Shown: positions 1 through 10,597, counted from the first letter of the whole stretch. The stretch: DNA of 58,885 nucleotides, filler included, from 6 parts of 6 records of this genome joined end to end with filler, not necessarily neighbours in it, one strand, 5' to 3'. Numbers and translations: made by a program. Notes: generated by a model from the sequence alone, not told the origin.

Positions 1-843
1 AAAATTATTGAATCCAATATTGATGCCCTGGAAGAGCGTCAAGGAAACAAAGCTCTCATTACCGGCATTCCCACCGGATTCACCCGGTTGGACCACATGA
101 CATCGGGCTTGCAGGGTTCGGATCTGATCATCCTGGCAGCCCGCCCGGCCATGGGTAAAACCGCACTTGCCCTTAATATGGCCAGAAATGCCGCATTCGA
201 GAGCAATATTCCGGTCGCCATTTTCTCGCTGGAGATGTCCAAAGAGCAGCTGTCCATGCGCATGCTCTGCTCCGAGGCTCGGGTCGACTCCTCACGTGTC
301 CGCAGTGGCTTTCTCAATCCCGAAGATTGGAATCGCATCACCGATGCTGCGGGGACACTCTCCGAAGCGCCCCTCTTTATCGATGACTCCCCGGACATCT
401 CCACGACCTCCATCCGTACAAAATGCCGGCGGCTTAAGATGAACAAAGACCTGGGGTTGGTCATTATCGATTATCTGCAACTCATGCGTGGCCGCCAAAG
501 TACTGAACGACGTGATCTTGAAATTTCGGAAATATCCAGATCCCTCAAGCTATTGGCCAAAGAGTTGAATGTCCCGGTGGTTGCCTTATCCCAGCTCAAT
601 CGAAAACTGGAAGAAAGAAGTGATAAGCGCCCCCAACTATCGGACCTTAGAGAATCGGGAGCACTGGAACAGGATGCGGATGTGGTCGCCTTCATCTATA
701 GGGATGAAGTGTACAACAAAGATGAGAACAACCCCAATCGTGGAACCGCAGAAGTTATTCTCTCCAAACAGCGTAACGGCCCGACGGGTGTCGTACCGCT
801 CACCTTCCTGGGCGCCTACACCCGATTCGAGAATCCGGCATGA
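1..843 (+). CDS. dnaB: Replicative DNA helicase DnaB (5'-truncated by window edge)
   Basis: Open from base 1 (KIIESNID...TGIPTGF); Walker A ARPAMGKT, IIDYLQL, LSQLNR, DLRESGALEQDAD, KQRNGPTG. Confidence 0.98.
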   Translation, partial: KIIESNIDALEERQGNKALITGIPTGFTRLDHMTSGLQGSDLIILAARPAMGKTALALNMARNAAFESNIPVAIFSLEMSKEQLSMRMLCSEARVDSSRVRSGFLNPEDWNRITDAAGTLSEAPLFIDDSPDISTTSIRTKCRRLKMNKDLGLVIIDYLQLMRGRQSTERRDLEISEISRSLKLLAKELNVPVVALSQLNRKLEERSDKRPQLSDLRESGALEQDADVVAFIYRDEVYNKDENNPNRGTAEVILSKQRNGPTGVVPLTFLGAYTRFENPA

Positions 844-2471
844 AAAAGGTGTGGGGCAACACACGCGGTCTTAAAAGCAGACAGCTTCGACGCCTGGAAA
901 ATCTCTACCGCAGACGCATCTCTCCCGATTTCCTGATCAGTGCCGAGCTGGCACGCGACATCGGTTTGCTTTCCCAGGAAATTCAGCGCCAGATTGGCAT
1001 ACTGGTCAATCGCGCCGGCAAGATTGCCTATGTCCTGGTTGGAGATGCGCAGGGCATCTTCATTCCCGAACTTTCAGAGTATAGACTGAATCCCGGTCGG
1101 TTGAGAGGGGTGCGCTGCATTCACACCCACCTCAGAGCTGAACCGCTCGATCAAGATGATCTCACCGACTTGGCAATGCTGCGCCTGGATGCCATGGCGG
1201 CCATCACCCTGGACAGTAAAGGTCACCCCCGAAAAATACATTGGGCCCATATCCTACCGGGTCGCGATCTGAAACGCCTCCCTTACCAAATCAGGGAAGA
1301 ACTACTTCCTCACCAACTCTCCGTGGGCTGTACCGAAATCATCCTGGCGCTGGAGCGCGAGATGGCACAGATCGGCGCTCGTACCAAAGCATCTGCCGGC
1401 GCAGAGCGTGCTCTGTTGTTCAGCGTTACGACGTCGCCACGCAAAGTAGCCCTCGACTCCATGGCCGAGTTGAAGGAGCTGTGCCGTTCGGGTTCCATCG
1501 AGGTAGTAAACACTATCTTGCAAGTGCGCAAACAGATCGATCCCAGGACACTGATGGGCCGTGGTAAACTCATGGAACTTGCGATGCAGGCAATGCAATT
1601 GGACGTGACCATGGTCATTTTCGATCAGGAGCTGAACGCATCTCAAATCAAATCCATTACCGATCAGATTGAGCTGAAAGTGATCGATCGCACCCAACTG
1701 ATTCTCGATATCTTCGCCCAGCGGGCCCGCAGTCGGGAGGGCAAGCTGCAGGTTGAACTGGCCCAGTTGAGATATCTGCTGCCGAGGCTGGTCACCAAAA
1801 ATACGGCCATGTCGCGCCTGACCGGCGGCATCGGCGGCAGAGGACCAGGGGAGACAAAGCTCGAGATCAACCGCCGAAGAGTTCGCGACAGGATCAATCA
1901 CCTTGAAAAAGCCCTGGTCCAAGTACAGAAACATCGCAAGCAGCAACGCCACAAAAGAGAGCAGAGAGGTGTTCCGATTATATCGATCATCGGTTACACC
2001 AATGCAGGCAAATCGACCCTTCTCAATACACTTACCCACAGTGAGGTCCTGGCTGAAAGCCGCCTCTTTGCAACACTCGATCCTTCGAGCCGCAGATTGC
2101 GTTTTCCAAGGGACATCGAAGTGCTGATTACCGACACAGTGGGATTCATTAAAAATCTCCCCAAAGATCTGATGATCGCCTTTCGCGCTACACTTGAGGA
2201 GTTGGAAAACGCCGATCTTCTGCTGCACGTCATTGACATCAGCAATCCGCGTTGCACTGAACAGATCAGGGCTGTGGAGACGATCCTCGATGAGCTCTCT
2301 TTGGTCACAATTCCTCAGGTGCGTGCCCTCAACAAAATGGACCTGGTGCCGGATGCCGATCTGGATCTGCTTGCAGAGCGTTTGGCCGGTGTGCCGATCT
2401 GTGCGCGTAAGAGAGAGACCCTTCTACCCTTGATCGATAAAATGGCGGCTCTTATCGAAACCCCTGCGTAG
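840..2471 (+). CDS. hflX: Ribosome-splitting GTPase HflX, long form with N-terminal extension
   Basis: GYTNAGKS, LFATLDP, DTVGF, NKMD motifs; GRGPGETKLE; ATGA overlap with the dnaB stop. Confidence 0.96.
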   Translation: MKKVWGNTRGLKSRQLRRLENLYRRRISPDFLISAELARDIGLLSQEIQRQIGILVNRAGKIAYVLVGDAQGIFIPELSEYRLNPGRLRGVRCIHTHLRAEPLDQDDLTDLAMLRLDAMAAITLDSKGHPRKIHWAHILPGRDLKRLPYQIREELLPHQLSVGCTEIILALEREMAQIGARTKASAGAERALLFSVTTSPRKVALDSMAELKELCRSGSIEVVNTILQVRKQIDPRTLMGRGKLMELAMQAMQLDVTMVIFDQELNASQIKSITDQIELKVIDRTQLILDIFAQRARSREGKLQVELAQLRYLLPRLVTKNTAMSRLTGGIGGRGPGETKLEINRRRVRDRINHLEKALVQVQKHRKQQRHKREQRGVPIISIIGYTNAGKSTLLNTLTHSEVLAESRLFATLDPSSRRLRFPRDIEVLITDTVGFIKNLPKDLMIAFRATLEELENADLLLHVIDISNPRCTEQIRAVETILDELSLVTIPQVRALNKMDLVPDADLDLLAERLAGVPICARKRETLLPLIDKMAALIETPA

Positions 2472-2556
2472 AGTTTCAAAATACAACACCTGGTCTTACT
2501 AAAATGATGCCTAATTCTCAATCGGGCAGGCCCTCCGACAACCCCTTCGAAGCAGC

Positions 2557-2586
2557 TTGACAATTAAAGGGATAAGCAGATAAAGT
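2557..2586 (+). promoter_or_regulatory. Putative sigma70 promoter of suhB
   Basis: TTGACA (2557-2562), 18 nt, TAAAGT (2581-2586). Confidence 0.45.
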
Positions 2587-2595
2587 GGGCCTCTT

Positions 2596-3384
2596 ATGGA
2601 TTTGGAAAAAATAAACCGCACCGCCATACGGGCTGCCTACCGCGCGGGCCGGATACTGAGCGACCAATTTGGTAACGTCAAGCAGCTGCCCAAGAAGGGT
2701 GCCATCGATCTGGTTACCGAAGCGGATTTAAAATCGGAGCAAACCATTGTTGCGACGATCCGCGAAGTCTACCCAGACCATGCCATACTGGCCGAAGAGG
2801 GCGGTATGTCAGGGGATAGCAGAACAGAACGATGGATCATCGATCCCTTGGACGGCACCACCAATTATGCCCATGCCCTCCCAATCTATGCTGTCTCGAT
2901 CGCATTCGCCCTGCAAGATGAAGTGGTAATGGGGCTTGTCTTCAACCCGTCCAGCGGAGAGCTCTTTTCGGCATCGCACGGTCAAGGCGCCCAATTGAAC
3001 GGCGAAGCCATCCAGGTCTCTTCAACCGACAAGCTCAATGAGAGTCTCCTTGTAACCGGATTTCCATACACCGTAGCGACCCACACCCCCCGTACGGCCA
3101 TAGCGCGCTTCCAACGCTGTCTGACCTCCGCTCAGGGTGTTAGACGGCTCGGTTCAGCCGCTTTGGATTTGTGTTATGTGGCTTGTGGCCGTTTCGAAGG
3201 TTTTTGGGAAGAAAATTTGAAGCCTTGGGATACAGCAGCCGGCAAATGCATCTTAGAAGAGGCCGGAGGGTTGGTCTCCTGTTTCTCAGGGGAACCCTAT
3301 CGATTGGAGGACCAGCAGATACTGGCCACCAACAACCATATTCACAAGGATATGGTGACGCTTTTAACAGCAGAGGATGATTGA
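2596..3384 (+). CDS. suhB: Inositol monophosphatase family protein SuhB
   Basis: DLVTEAD, WIIDPLDGTTNY, RRLGSAALDLCYVACG, WDTAAG motifs. Confidence 0.93.
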   Translation: MDLEKINRTAIRAAYRAGRILSDQFGNVKQLPKKGAIDLVTEADLKSEQTIVATIREVYPDHAILAEEGGMSGDSRTERWIIDPLDGTTNYAHALPIYAVSIAFALQDEVVMGLVFNPSSGELFSASHGQGAQLNGEAIQVSSTDKLNESLLVTGFPYTVATHTPRTAIARFQRCLTSAQGVRRLGSAALDLCYVACGRFEGFWEENLKPWDTAAGKCILEEAGGLVSCFSGEPYRLEDQQILATNNHIHKDMVTLLTAEDD

Positions 3385-3581
3385 TGAACAAAAACCAACC
3401 TGAAATAGCGGCACTGTTTGATTATCTGGATTGCTATGGCGACTACGACAGGGGAAACCCCCTCTGCGCCAAGCACTGTGCTATAAGAATACGGTGTGTC
3501 ATTGAGCAAGAGCTGAACATCAAAATGGAACTTCTCTCCGATCTTGCCGTCGCCGACGACATGCTCGGCCCCGTTCAGTAA
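3384..3581 (+). CDS. Small Cys-rich hypothetical protein (~65 aa)
   Basis: ATG overlaps the suhB stop (TGATG); Cx10Cx3Cx5C cluster; acidic C-terminus. Confidence 0.65.
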   Translation: MNKNQPEIAALFDYLDCYGDYDRGNPLCAKHCAIRIRCVIEQELNIKMELLSDLAVADDMLGPVQ

Positions 3582-3634
3582 CCCTCTCCGGTGCGCCCCT
3601 GCCCCGGATCATGGCGCGGCTGCTGTGCCCCCTC

Positions 3635-4975
3635 TTAATACTCGCCTCTATCCAATCGCTTACAAAAGTACTCGACATGGCGCTGGATAATTCCGCCCTG
3701 CCGAATCTGCTTCTCCACTGCGCCGATAGCGTGCAGGGCGGTGGCGTGATATCGATTGAAGCTCTTCCCGATAGCCTGCAACGGTTGATCCGTGTATCGT
3801 CGGGCCAGATAGATGGCCACCTGCCGAGGACGCACATAGGCCTGCTTGCGTGAACGGGAGACCAGATCTTTTTGCGAAATTTTATAGTACTTGCAGACCA
3901 GCCCTTTAATGGTGCTGATGGTGATCGATTGGGATTGGCGGACGATATTCTTGACAACCTCCCCGGCCAATTCGAGATCGATGTCGCAACCCAGCAACGA
4001 TGCCTTTGCCGAAACCCCTACCAAACCGCTTTTCAATTGGCGCACATCCTGGTTCAGTTCCGTGGCCAAATACGCCAACACCTCCGCCGGTACATCCCAA
4101 TGATTGTCGCGTGCATATTTTTTAAGGATTTTTGTGCGCATGCGATAGTCGGGTGGCTCGATGTTTGAGATCAATCCGCTGGTCAGCCGAGAGCGAAGGT
4201 TTTCACTCAGTTTGGGAATATCTGACGGCGAGCAGCAGCTTGAAAAAATAATCTTCTTGTTTTCGTTGTAGAGAGAATCGAGCGTGTGAGCCAACTCGAT
4301 CTGAGTTCGCTCCTTGCCGCTTAGGTAATGCACATCCTCCAGCAGCAGAACGTCACACCCGTTGTGGTATTTGTCTTTGAACTTGCCAACCGAGTTGTTT
4401 TTGAAAGAGGAAACCATCTCGTTGGTGAAATCTTCCGCCGTCATGTAGTAGACACGCTCTGCATTAGATTCCGCAAGAATCTGATGCCCGACGGCTTGTG
4501 ACAAATGGCTCTTGCCCATGCCGGTCTTTGACAACAGAAAAAGGGAGTGCTGCTGTGTGCTTTTGCGCATGGCCAGTGAGAGCGCGGCGGAATAGGCAAA
4601 TTCATTGTTCTTACCAACCACAAACTGGTCGAAAGTATAGTCCCGGCGCAACAGCCTGCCAAAATTGGGCTGGTGATCGATATTGGGCAACGGCAACTGT
4701 TCGGGCGGACTCGGCAGATCCGGTCTCCCCTCCCTATCGTTGGCGACCACCAATTTCAACGCAACGGAATTACCGGCCAGTTTTTCCAGTTCACCTTGCA
4801 GCAACACGCCGAAATGGTCTATCACCCTCCGGCGGAAAAAAAGATTGGGGCAATTGAGTTGAAGTACATTGGGATCTGTATCACCCAGTCTCAGCGGTTC
4901 GATCCACATGCGGTAAGCGTGGGGTGGAATAAGTCCATTCAGCGCCGCTTTTACCCTCTGCCAGATATGCTCCAT
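3635..4975 (-). CDS. dnaA: Chromosomal replication initiator DnaA family protein (divergent second copy)
   Basis: Domain I W..V...YRMWIEPL; YTFDQFVVG..N..A; Walker A SKTGMGKSH; LLLEDVH; LRSRL; domain IV RQVAIYLAR...IGKSFNRYHATALHA; likely start MEHIW at 4975. Confidence 0.92.
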   Translation of the reverse strand: MEHIWQRVKAALNGLIPPHAYRMWIEPLRLGDTDPNVLQLNCPNLFFRRRVIDHFGVLLQGELEKLAGNSVALKLVVANDREGRPDLPSPPEQLPLPNIDHQPNFGRLLRRDYTFDQFVVGKNNEFAYSAALSLAMRKSTQQHSLFLLSKTGMGKSHLSQAVGHQILAESNAERVYYMTAEDFTNEMVSSFKNNSVGKFKDKYHNGCDVLLLEDVHYLSGKERTQIELAHTLDSLYNENKKIIFSSCCSPSDIPKLSENLRSRLTSGLISNIEPPDYRMRTKILKKYARDNHWDVPAEVLAYLATELNQDVRQLKSGLVGVSAKASLLGCDIDLELAGEVVKNIVRQSQSITISTIKGLVCKYYKISQKDLVSRSRKQAYVRPRQVAIYLARRYTDQPLQAIGKSFNRYHATALHAIGAVEKQIRQGGIIQRHVEYFCKRLDRGEY

Positions 4976-5344
4976 ATTACCGTTCCCCAATTGCTCTTTG
5001 CGCAAACCAGATACGACCCACTGTTCTTTGTTTTGCTGAACACGCCTTCGTTCCCAATGCAATAAAGTCAGGCAAACGCCAAGTAAATCAGACAGTTTTG
5101 TTAAATATACCGGATTATTCGAAAAGGTTGTTTCGCATGAAAAGTATGGATGTGTAATATGGCAGGGACCTCAAACTGTCAATCCGAAAGACAACTGTTC
5201 TCCTCACACGATCCTAACACAATCCCAACACTTTTCTATCGTTTTGTTTTAACTATTAATATTTATATTTGACACGCCAAGACGTGATAAATAGGCACCC
5301 TTTTATCGGCACTATATCCATAAGCATTTTAAGCAGATCCGTAG

Positions 5345-5365
5345 TTATCGACAATATGTCGACAA
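5345..5365. promoter_or_regulatory. Inverted pair of variant DnaA-box-like 9-mers
   Basis: TTATCGACA-ata-TGTCGACAA in the AT-rich region upstream of the dnaA paralogue. Confidence 0.5.
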
Positions 5366-5845
5366 ATCCATATCTCTCTTTTACTGCAATTATCTCGTTT
5401 TTCCTACATTTTTTGAATTTCTAAATCTGGTACGGGCGGACAGATCCATCCATCTCGATGCCCTGTTTTCGATAAAAAAACATTCAAATGGATTTCCAGC
5501 ACTTGTCCCTTTCGTAGCAGTCAGATCGTTTCCTGCGCACACTTCCTGCATAGACATCTGCTTCCGCAATGACCAGAAAAATAGTTTACATCCAGCCCAC
5601 CCGGCGTTATTACAAACGTGTTCAGCAGAGTTAAGGTCCGTTATGAAACGATTTCGCATCAACTCCCGTTGAATCATAGCTGGCGGACATCTACTCTCCT
5701 GTAGGAGATACGGTATCTTTCGGTATTCCCGAACGCCACGCCCTCTTCAACAAAGAGAAACGGTTCACACATATATCGAAGTTCAGGCTCTCGGATAGTA
5801 CAATGGATTCAAGGATTATCAACACCATAAAAATCCGCGGCGCGC

Positions 5846-5945
5846 NNNNNNNNNNNNNNNNNNNNNNNNNNNNNNNNNNNNNNNNNNNNTTAATTAATTA
5901 ANNNNNNNNNNNNNNNNNNNNNNNNNNNNNNNNNNNNNNNNNNNN
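5846..5945. other. Artificial contig spacer
   Basis: 44 N + TTAATTAATTAA (stops in all six frames) + 44 N; abrupt composition change. Confidence 0.99.
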
Positions 5946-6031
5946 AAAAAAACAAAACACATGCATAATGAGGAAAAAGCAAGTGTTAACCTAATAATCC
6001 TATGTTTAGTTTTAATACCTTTTAAAATCAT
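5946..6031 (-). CDS. N-terminus of a probable secreted/membrane protein, truncated at contig end
   Basis: MILKGIKTKHRIIRLTLAFSSLCMCFVF with upstream AAGGGA; runs into the spacer. Confidence 0.35.
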
Positions 6032-6213
6032 ATCTATGACCATTCCCTTTCGCTTCATATTGTTACATAATATCAATTAAAACGCTTATTAAAGCTTATT
6101 ATGTATAATATACAAAGCCTAAAGTTTATGCACTAAATTATGTTATACATATATTATATGTTAAATAATATTTTAAGTATAGTCAATAGTAGTGCTAGTT
6201 TCTTTATAATTAG

Positions 6214-8687
6214 TTAATATTCGGTATGGATATATTTTTTTCCAATCATTTCTTTAGCCTCATCCGCACACACCGGTTTAGAGAAAAAGTAACCCTGCAT
6301 ATATTCGACGCCTAAATCCATTAGAAAATCAAACTGCAATTTTGTTTCCACTCCTTCGACCACCACGCTCTTATCTAGGCTATGAATAAAGTATACAAGA
6401 TTAGAAAATAACTCGTACTTATCACGTTCTTCTACTGATCTTGGTAGCAATGACATGTCGATTTTTATAAATTCAAATTTCAAATTATTTAAGTTATTAA
6501 GATTACTCTCTCCATTGCCATAATCATCAATTGCCATATTATATCCTTTTTCAGATATACCTAACAATGCACTTTTGATGTTTTCTGTTAACCTTGTTTT
6601 CTCCGAAACTTCTATAATAACTTGGCTTCTTTTAACATTAGTTTTATACAAAGCATTTCTCCAATTGCTCTCGCGTTGTATATCGCTTAATAACGACTGA
6701 GTTGAAACATTAATACAATAGAAAAGTGATTCCATACTCAATTTTTCGGAGTTTTCAAAATTAAATTTCTCTAGCTCTTTAATGATCAATATGTCAATAT
6801 CCATTAGAAGACTATATTCTTTAGAAATGTCAATAAACTGATAAGCTGGAACAATCCTATCACCATGCTTCCATCGCGCTAATAGCTCAAAACCAGCAAC
6901 TCGCCCAGATTTTGTACATATAATTGGTTGGAAATGAGCAAAAATCTCTGCATTGTTCACAGAAGCTATAAGCGCATTTTCAAATATCAAATTATCTTCA
7001 AAACGCAGCTTCAAAGTTTCATCAACTAAAACAAAAGTTGCATTGTTCTTTCTAGCCTGATACATTGCCTTATCTGCATAGTGTAAAAGCTCTGTAGTGT
7101 CTTTAATTGATAAATCGGAACTTATAATACCACAAGAAGCTTCTACAGTATAATAAACATTTAATTCGCTATTTAAAATGGTACATTTCAGACTGCTAAA
7201 TGTACTCAAAAGCCTATCTGAATCATAAGAATTATCGGTTATTATAGCAAATTCATCGCCCGCAATTCTATATGCCTTACAATTGGGTATGTCGCTAATC
7301 ATTGTAGCGAATTTTTTAAGAACTTTATCACCAAAATTATGACCATATACATCATTTATTATTTTGAAGTTGTTTATATCAATGAATACAAATGAATGCT
7401 CATTTTTGTTGTATGAATTTAAATCAACAAAAAACTTTCGTCTGTTGCTTATTTGAGTAAGTTCGTCCGTGTTGTTTTCGGAAGCAAGTTTTTTGTGGAA
7501 AGTATCTTTATATTTTAAATTGAGAATAAATACAAAAATCAGAATAATTAGCAAAGCTAAAAGAGAAAGGATTAGTAAAGTAAGTTGCTTATATTCTTCA
7601 TAAATTTTGACAGGCCTATTCAAAATAATAGAATCATCAGGCAAATAATCTATGCTCATGTTATATTTTTTCATCACGTTATAATCAAAATAAGCTTTGC
7701 TTTCGGGTTGAGACTCACTGGTATGTCCGCTATATCCTTACCATCAAAAACATTGATAATCATTTCGCCAATAGCTGACCCCATATCATAATGTGATACA
7801 ATTTCTCCGCCAACAAAGCCTTTGCTTAAAATATAATCGCTAGAGGAAAAAACAGGTCTAGTACTTTTGGATTCGATCATCTTAGATATTTGGGAATAGG
7901 ATTTGTTTTGTCCATCTTTATCTGTAAGAGCTGATAATAGTATGATGATTTCATTGCTTTGCGCATTACTAAGTTTTTCTTCTAATTCTTCAAAACTATG
8001 TTCAGCAAGATTATATTTAGTAACGTCCATGTCAGCATAATCTTGATTTGTCCTATCAAAATATTCAATTGAAATATCACTTGAAGTAGTTCCATCATAA
8101 ATCACAGTTAATTTATTTGCACTAGGAAAAAATTTTCTAGCTAGATTGATTGTTTCTGAAATAGGCATAGTCTCAACTATTCCAGTGATTTTAGAATCAC
8201 GACCAACATTTTTAGCAAGTTCAATATCGTTTATGCCCGTGAAAAAAATAGGAATATCGGAAAATAATTCGTCTTTATACTCCATAACAAAATGCAAAGC
8301 ATTATCATCACTTGCAATAATAGCATCATACGGATCTAGTTTTGACAATTTGTATTTAATACTCTCAGCAAATATTTCGATATTTTCAGAATAACCAAAC
8401 CGTTTTGTGTCCATAAATTCAGTATCCAAAAGGATGTTCATATTATCAAACTTACTTCTTAATCCATCTTGAAGAGGAAAGAATGAACCATAACTTGTAG
8501 AATATGAGTGTATCAATAAAATATTTTTACTTTCGTCAAAAGGAAGATGATTATCTTTTAAGTTTTCATTCGATTCGATTTGTACGCCTGAAAATAGAAC
8601 CCATAAAGATAACGAAGTTAATACCGTTATAATAACTATTAGTATAATATTAATATACATTAATATGCTTTTCTTGTTTAAAAACAT
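6214..8687 (-). CDS. Membrane sensor (ABC substrate-binding-like domain) GGDEF-EAL c-di-GMP enzyme; split by a frameshift near 7697
   Basis: ORFs 7674-8699 and 6214-7677 join by adding one T (KLIFDYNVMKK); TM-extracellular domain-TM, DELTQISNRR, NDVYGH..GD, AGDEF, ELLARW, IDDYG, EGVET, QGYFFSKP. Confidence 0.88.
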
Positions 8688-9289
8688 AGTCAACCCCAAA
8701 ATAGACTAATTTACTGTAGAATAAAATTCAGCAAAGCCTTTGCAGAATTTTTGTAACACTAAAAAGTCATACTCTTTATAATTTATTATATTTTTATTTA
8801 TATATTTTTAAATTTAATTTTATCTAAAAAATGTTTTTAAATATAATACATATTACTATATTAAATAGTAATTATTATTATATGAATATATTTATTTTTA
8901 TATTATACACCCAAATTGCTGATTTGTCAGTAATTGATTGATATTGAAAAAGATATATATGCACTATCTAAAATAGACACATGAAAAAATTTTGTAATTT
9001 AAACTTTAAGATTTTTAAATTAATAAAACTTTTAATAATGATTAAATATTCTTTTATACTTAATAATTAGTTTTAGTTAGAATATAATTTAAAAAATATC
9101 AAATCAATGTAGATGGTAATCATGATTCATGCTATGTGTTAGTTTATTATTTTTAATATACAAAATTTAGAAATTTATTTAAATGAGGTATATGTAAAAG
9201 GTAACAAAAATTGTTGCAGCAGATTAGTATTGAAGGCAGTTTGTTTTTACTATATACTACATATATATGTTGTTTTGAATTACTAAATT

Positions 9290-10435
9290 ATGAATGGCGT
9301 GCAATCAATGAAAATAAAAAATAAAATTTTACATATAAATTCATATTTTAACGGTGGAAGTTTTTATAAAAACTTATACGATGCTCAAGTTGAATCTGGT
9401 TTAGAGATTGATGTATTTGTTTCTGTGTACGAAGTTTATAAAAATAACAATTGCGACTTTGGTGAGTATACGATTATAAGCCATAATCATAAAAAGTGGC
9501 ACAGATTTTTGTTTTACTATAAACAAAAACTAATGATTCGTGATGCCTTGAAACAATATAATATTACCGATTACTCTTTAATTCATGCTCATTCACTATT
9601 CACTAATGGTAATGTTGCATATCATATGAAGAAGAAATATAATATTCCGTATATTGTAGCGGTCAGAAACACTGATATCAATACTTTTTTCAAGAGAATG
9701 CCTTTTTTAAGAAAAAGGGGGATTGAAATTTTGAAAAACGCTACCTATGTAGTGTTTTTATCGTCGTCATATAGAGATTTATTAATAAAAAAATATATTC
9801 CGCAGAGACTTAGAAAAAGCATAATTGAAAAATCAGTAGTTATTCCAAATGGGATTGATTCTTATTGGCATTTACACAACAACCAACCGAAGCAGTTAAA
9901 AAATATAAATAAAATAAATATTTTGGGTGTTGGAGTAATTAATAAAAATAAAAATCAAGTAACTACTATAAAAGCTATTGAAGCTCTTAATAAGCAAGGT
10001 TACGAGATTTTTGGAACCTTCGTTGGCAGAGTTGTTAATCAACATGTTCATAATATAATTATAAACAGTGACCTATGTACGCATATTGCGCCAACTGCTA
10101 AGGAAAAATTGATTGGTATATATAGATCCAATGATATTTTAGTTGTTCCATCTATTACTGAAACTTTTGGGCTGGTATATCCAGAAGCTATGAGTCAAGG
10201 TCTACCTGTTGTTTATTCAAGGAATCAGGGATTTGATGATGTTTTTGAGGATGGACAAGTAGGATACTCTGTAGATTCTTTAAATATGGAAGATATAGTT
10301 AAAGCTATACTATTGATAATTGAAAACTATAATCAAATTTCGAAAAATGCTGTGTATGGTAGCAAAAAATTCAAATGGCGCGAAATTGCAAATGAATATA
10401 ATGAATTGTATAAAAATGTTATTAAGGATGATTAA
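9290..10435 (+). CDS. Glycosyltransferase family 4 (GT-B)
   Basis: IHAHS, VIPNGID, VVPSITETFGLVYPEAMSQGLPV motif. Confidence 0.92.
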   Translation: MNGVQSMKIKNKILHINSYFNGGSFYKNLYDAQVESGLEIDVFVSVYEVYKNNNCDFGEYTIISHNHKKWHRFLFYYKQKLMIRDALKQYNITDYSLIHAHSLFTNGNVAYHMKKKYNIPYIVAVRNTDINTFFKRMPFLRKRGIEILKNATYVVFLSSSYRDLLIKKYIPQRLRKSIIEKSVVIPNGIDSYWHLHNNQPKQLKNINKINILGVGVINKNKNQVTTIKAIEALNKQGYEIFGTFVGRVVNQHVHNIIINSDLCTHIAPTAKEKLIGIYRSNDILVVPSITETFGLVYPEAMSQGLPVVYSRNQGFDDVFEDGQVGYSVDSLNMEDIVKAILLIIENYNQISKNAVYGSKKFKWREIANEYNELYKNVIKDD

Positions 10436-10536
10436 ATCAACTTACTCGCTACATAGAAATTAAGAACTAGTTTTAAGCACAGTGTTTAAATCCTATTCTT
10501 TTTTTATTGAGAAGTTTTTAAGACAAGATAATATAA

Positions 10537-10564
10537 TCATACAAGCCTCATAAAAATCATATCT
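10537..10564 (+). promoter_or_regulatory. Sigma-E-like promoter upstream of spoIIID
   Basis: TCATACA-14 nt-CATATCT, resembling the mother-cell sigmaE consensus; spoIIID is a known sigmaE gene. Confidence 0.5.
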
Positions 10565-10597
10565 ATTAAAAAGAGTGATTTTAGGAGGCTTATTTTT

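Noticed and set aside
1-843. Intein in dnaB
   Set aside because: Helicase motifs are contiguous with no insertion in the visible part
1302-2228. 308-aa antisense ORF and similar shadow ORFs (e.g. 13461-14048, 56246-56722, 5390-5677)
   Set aside because: They overlap well-supported genes on the opposite strand or lack RBS and motifs
5200-5420. Canonical oriC next to dnaA
   Set aside because: No perfect TTATCCACA boxes seen and no dnaN/recF/gyrB or rpmH context; kept only as variant-box finding
5890-5901. TTAATTAATTAA palindrome recurring five times
   Set aside because: Always centred in N-runs; an artificial all-frame-stop linker
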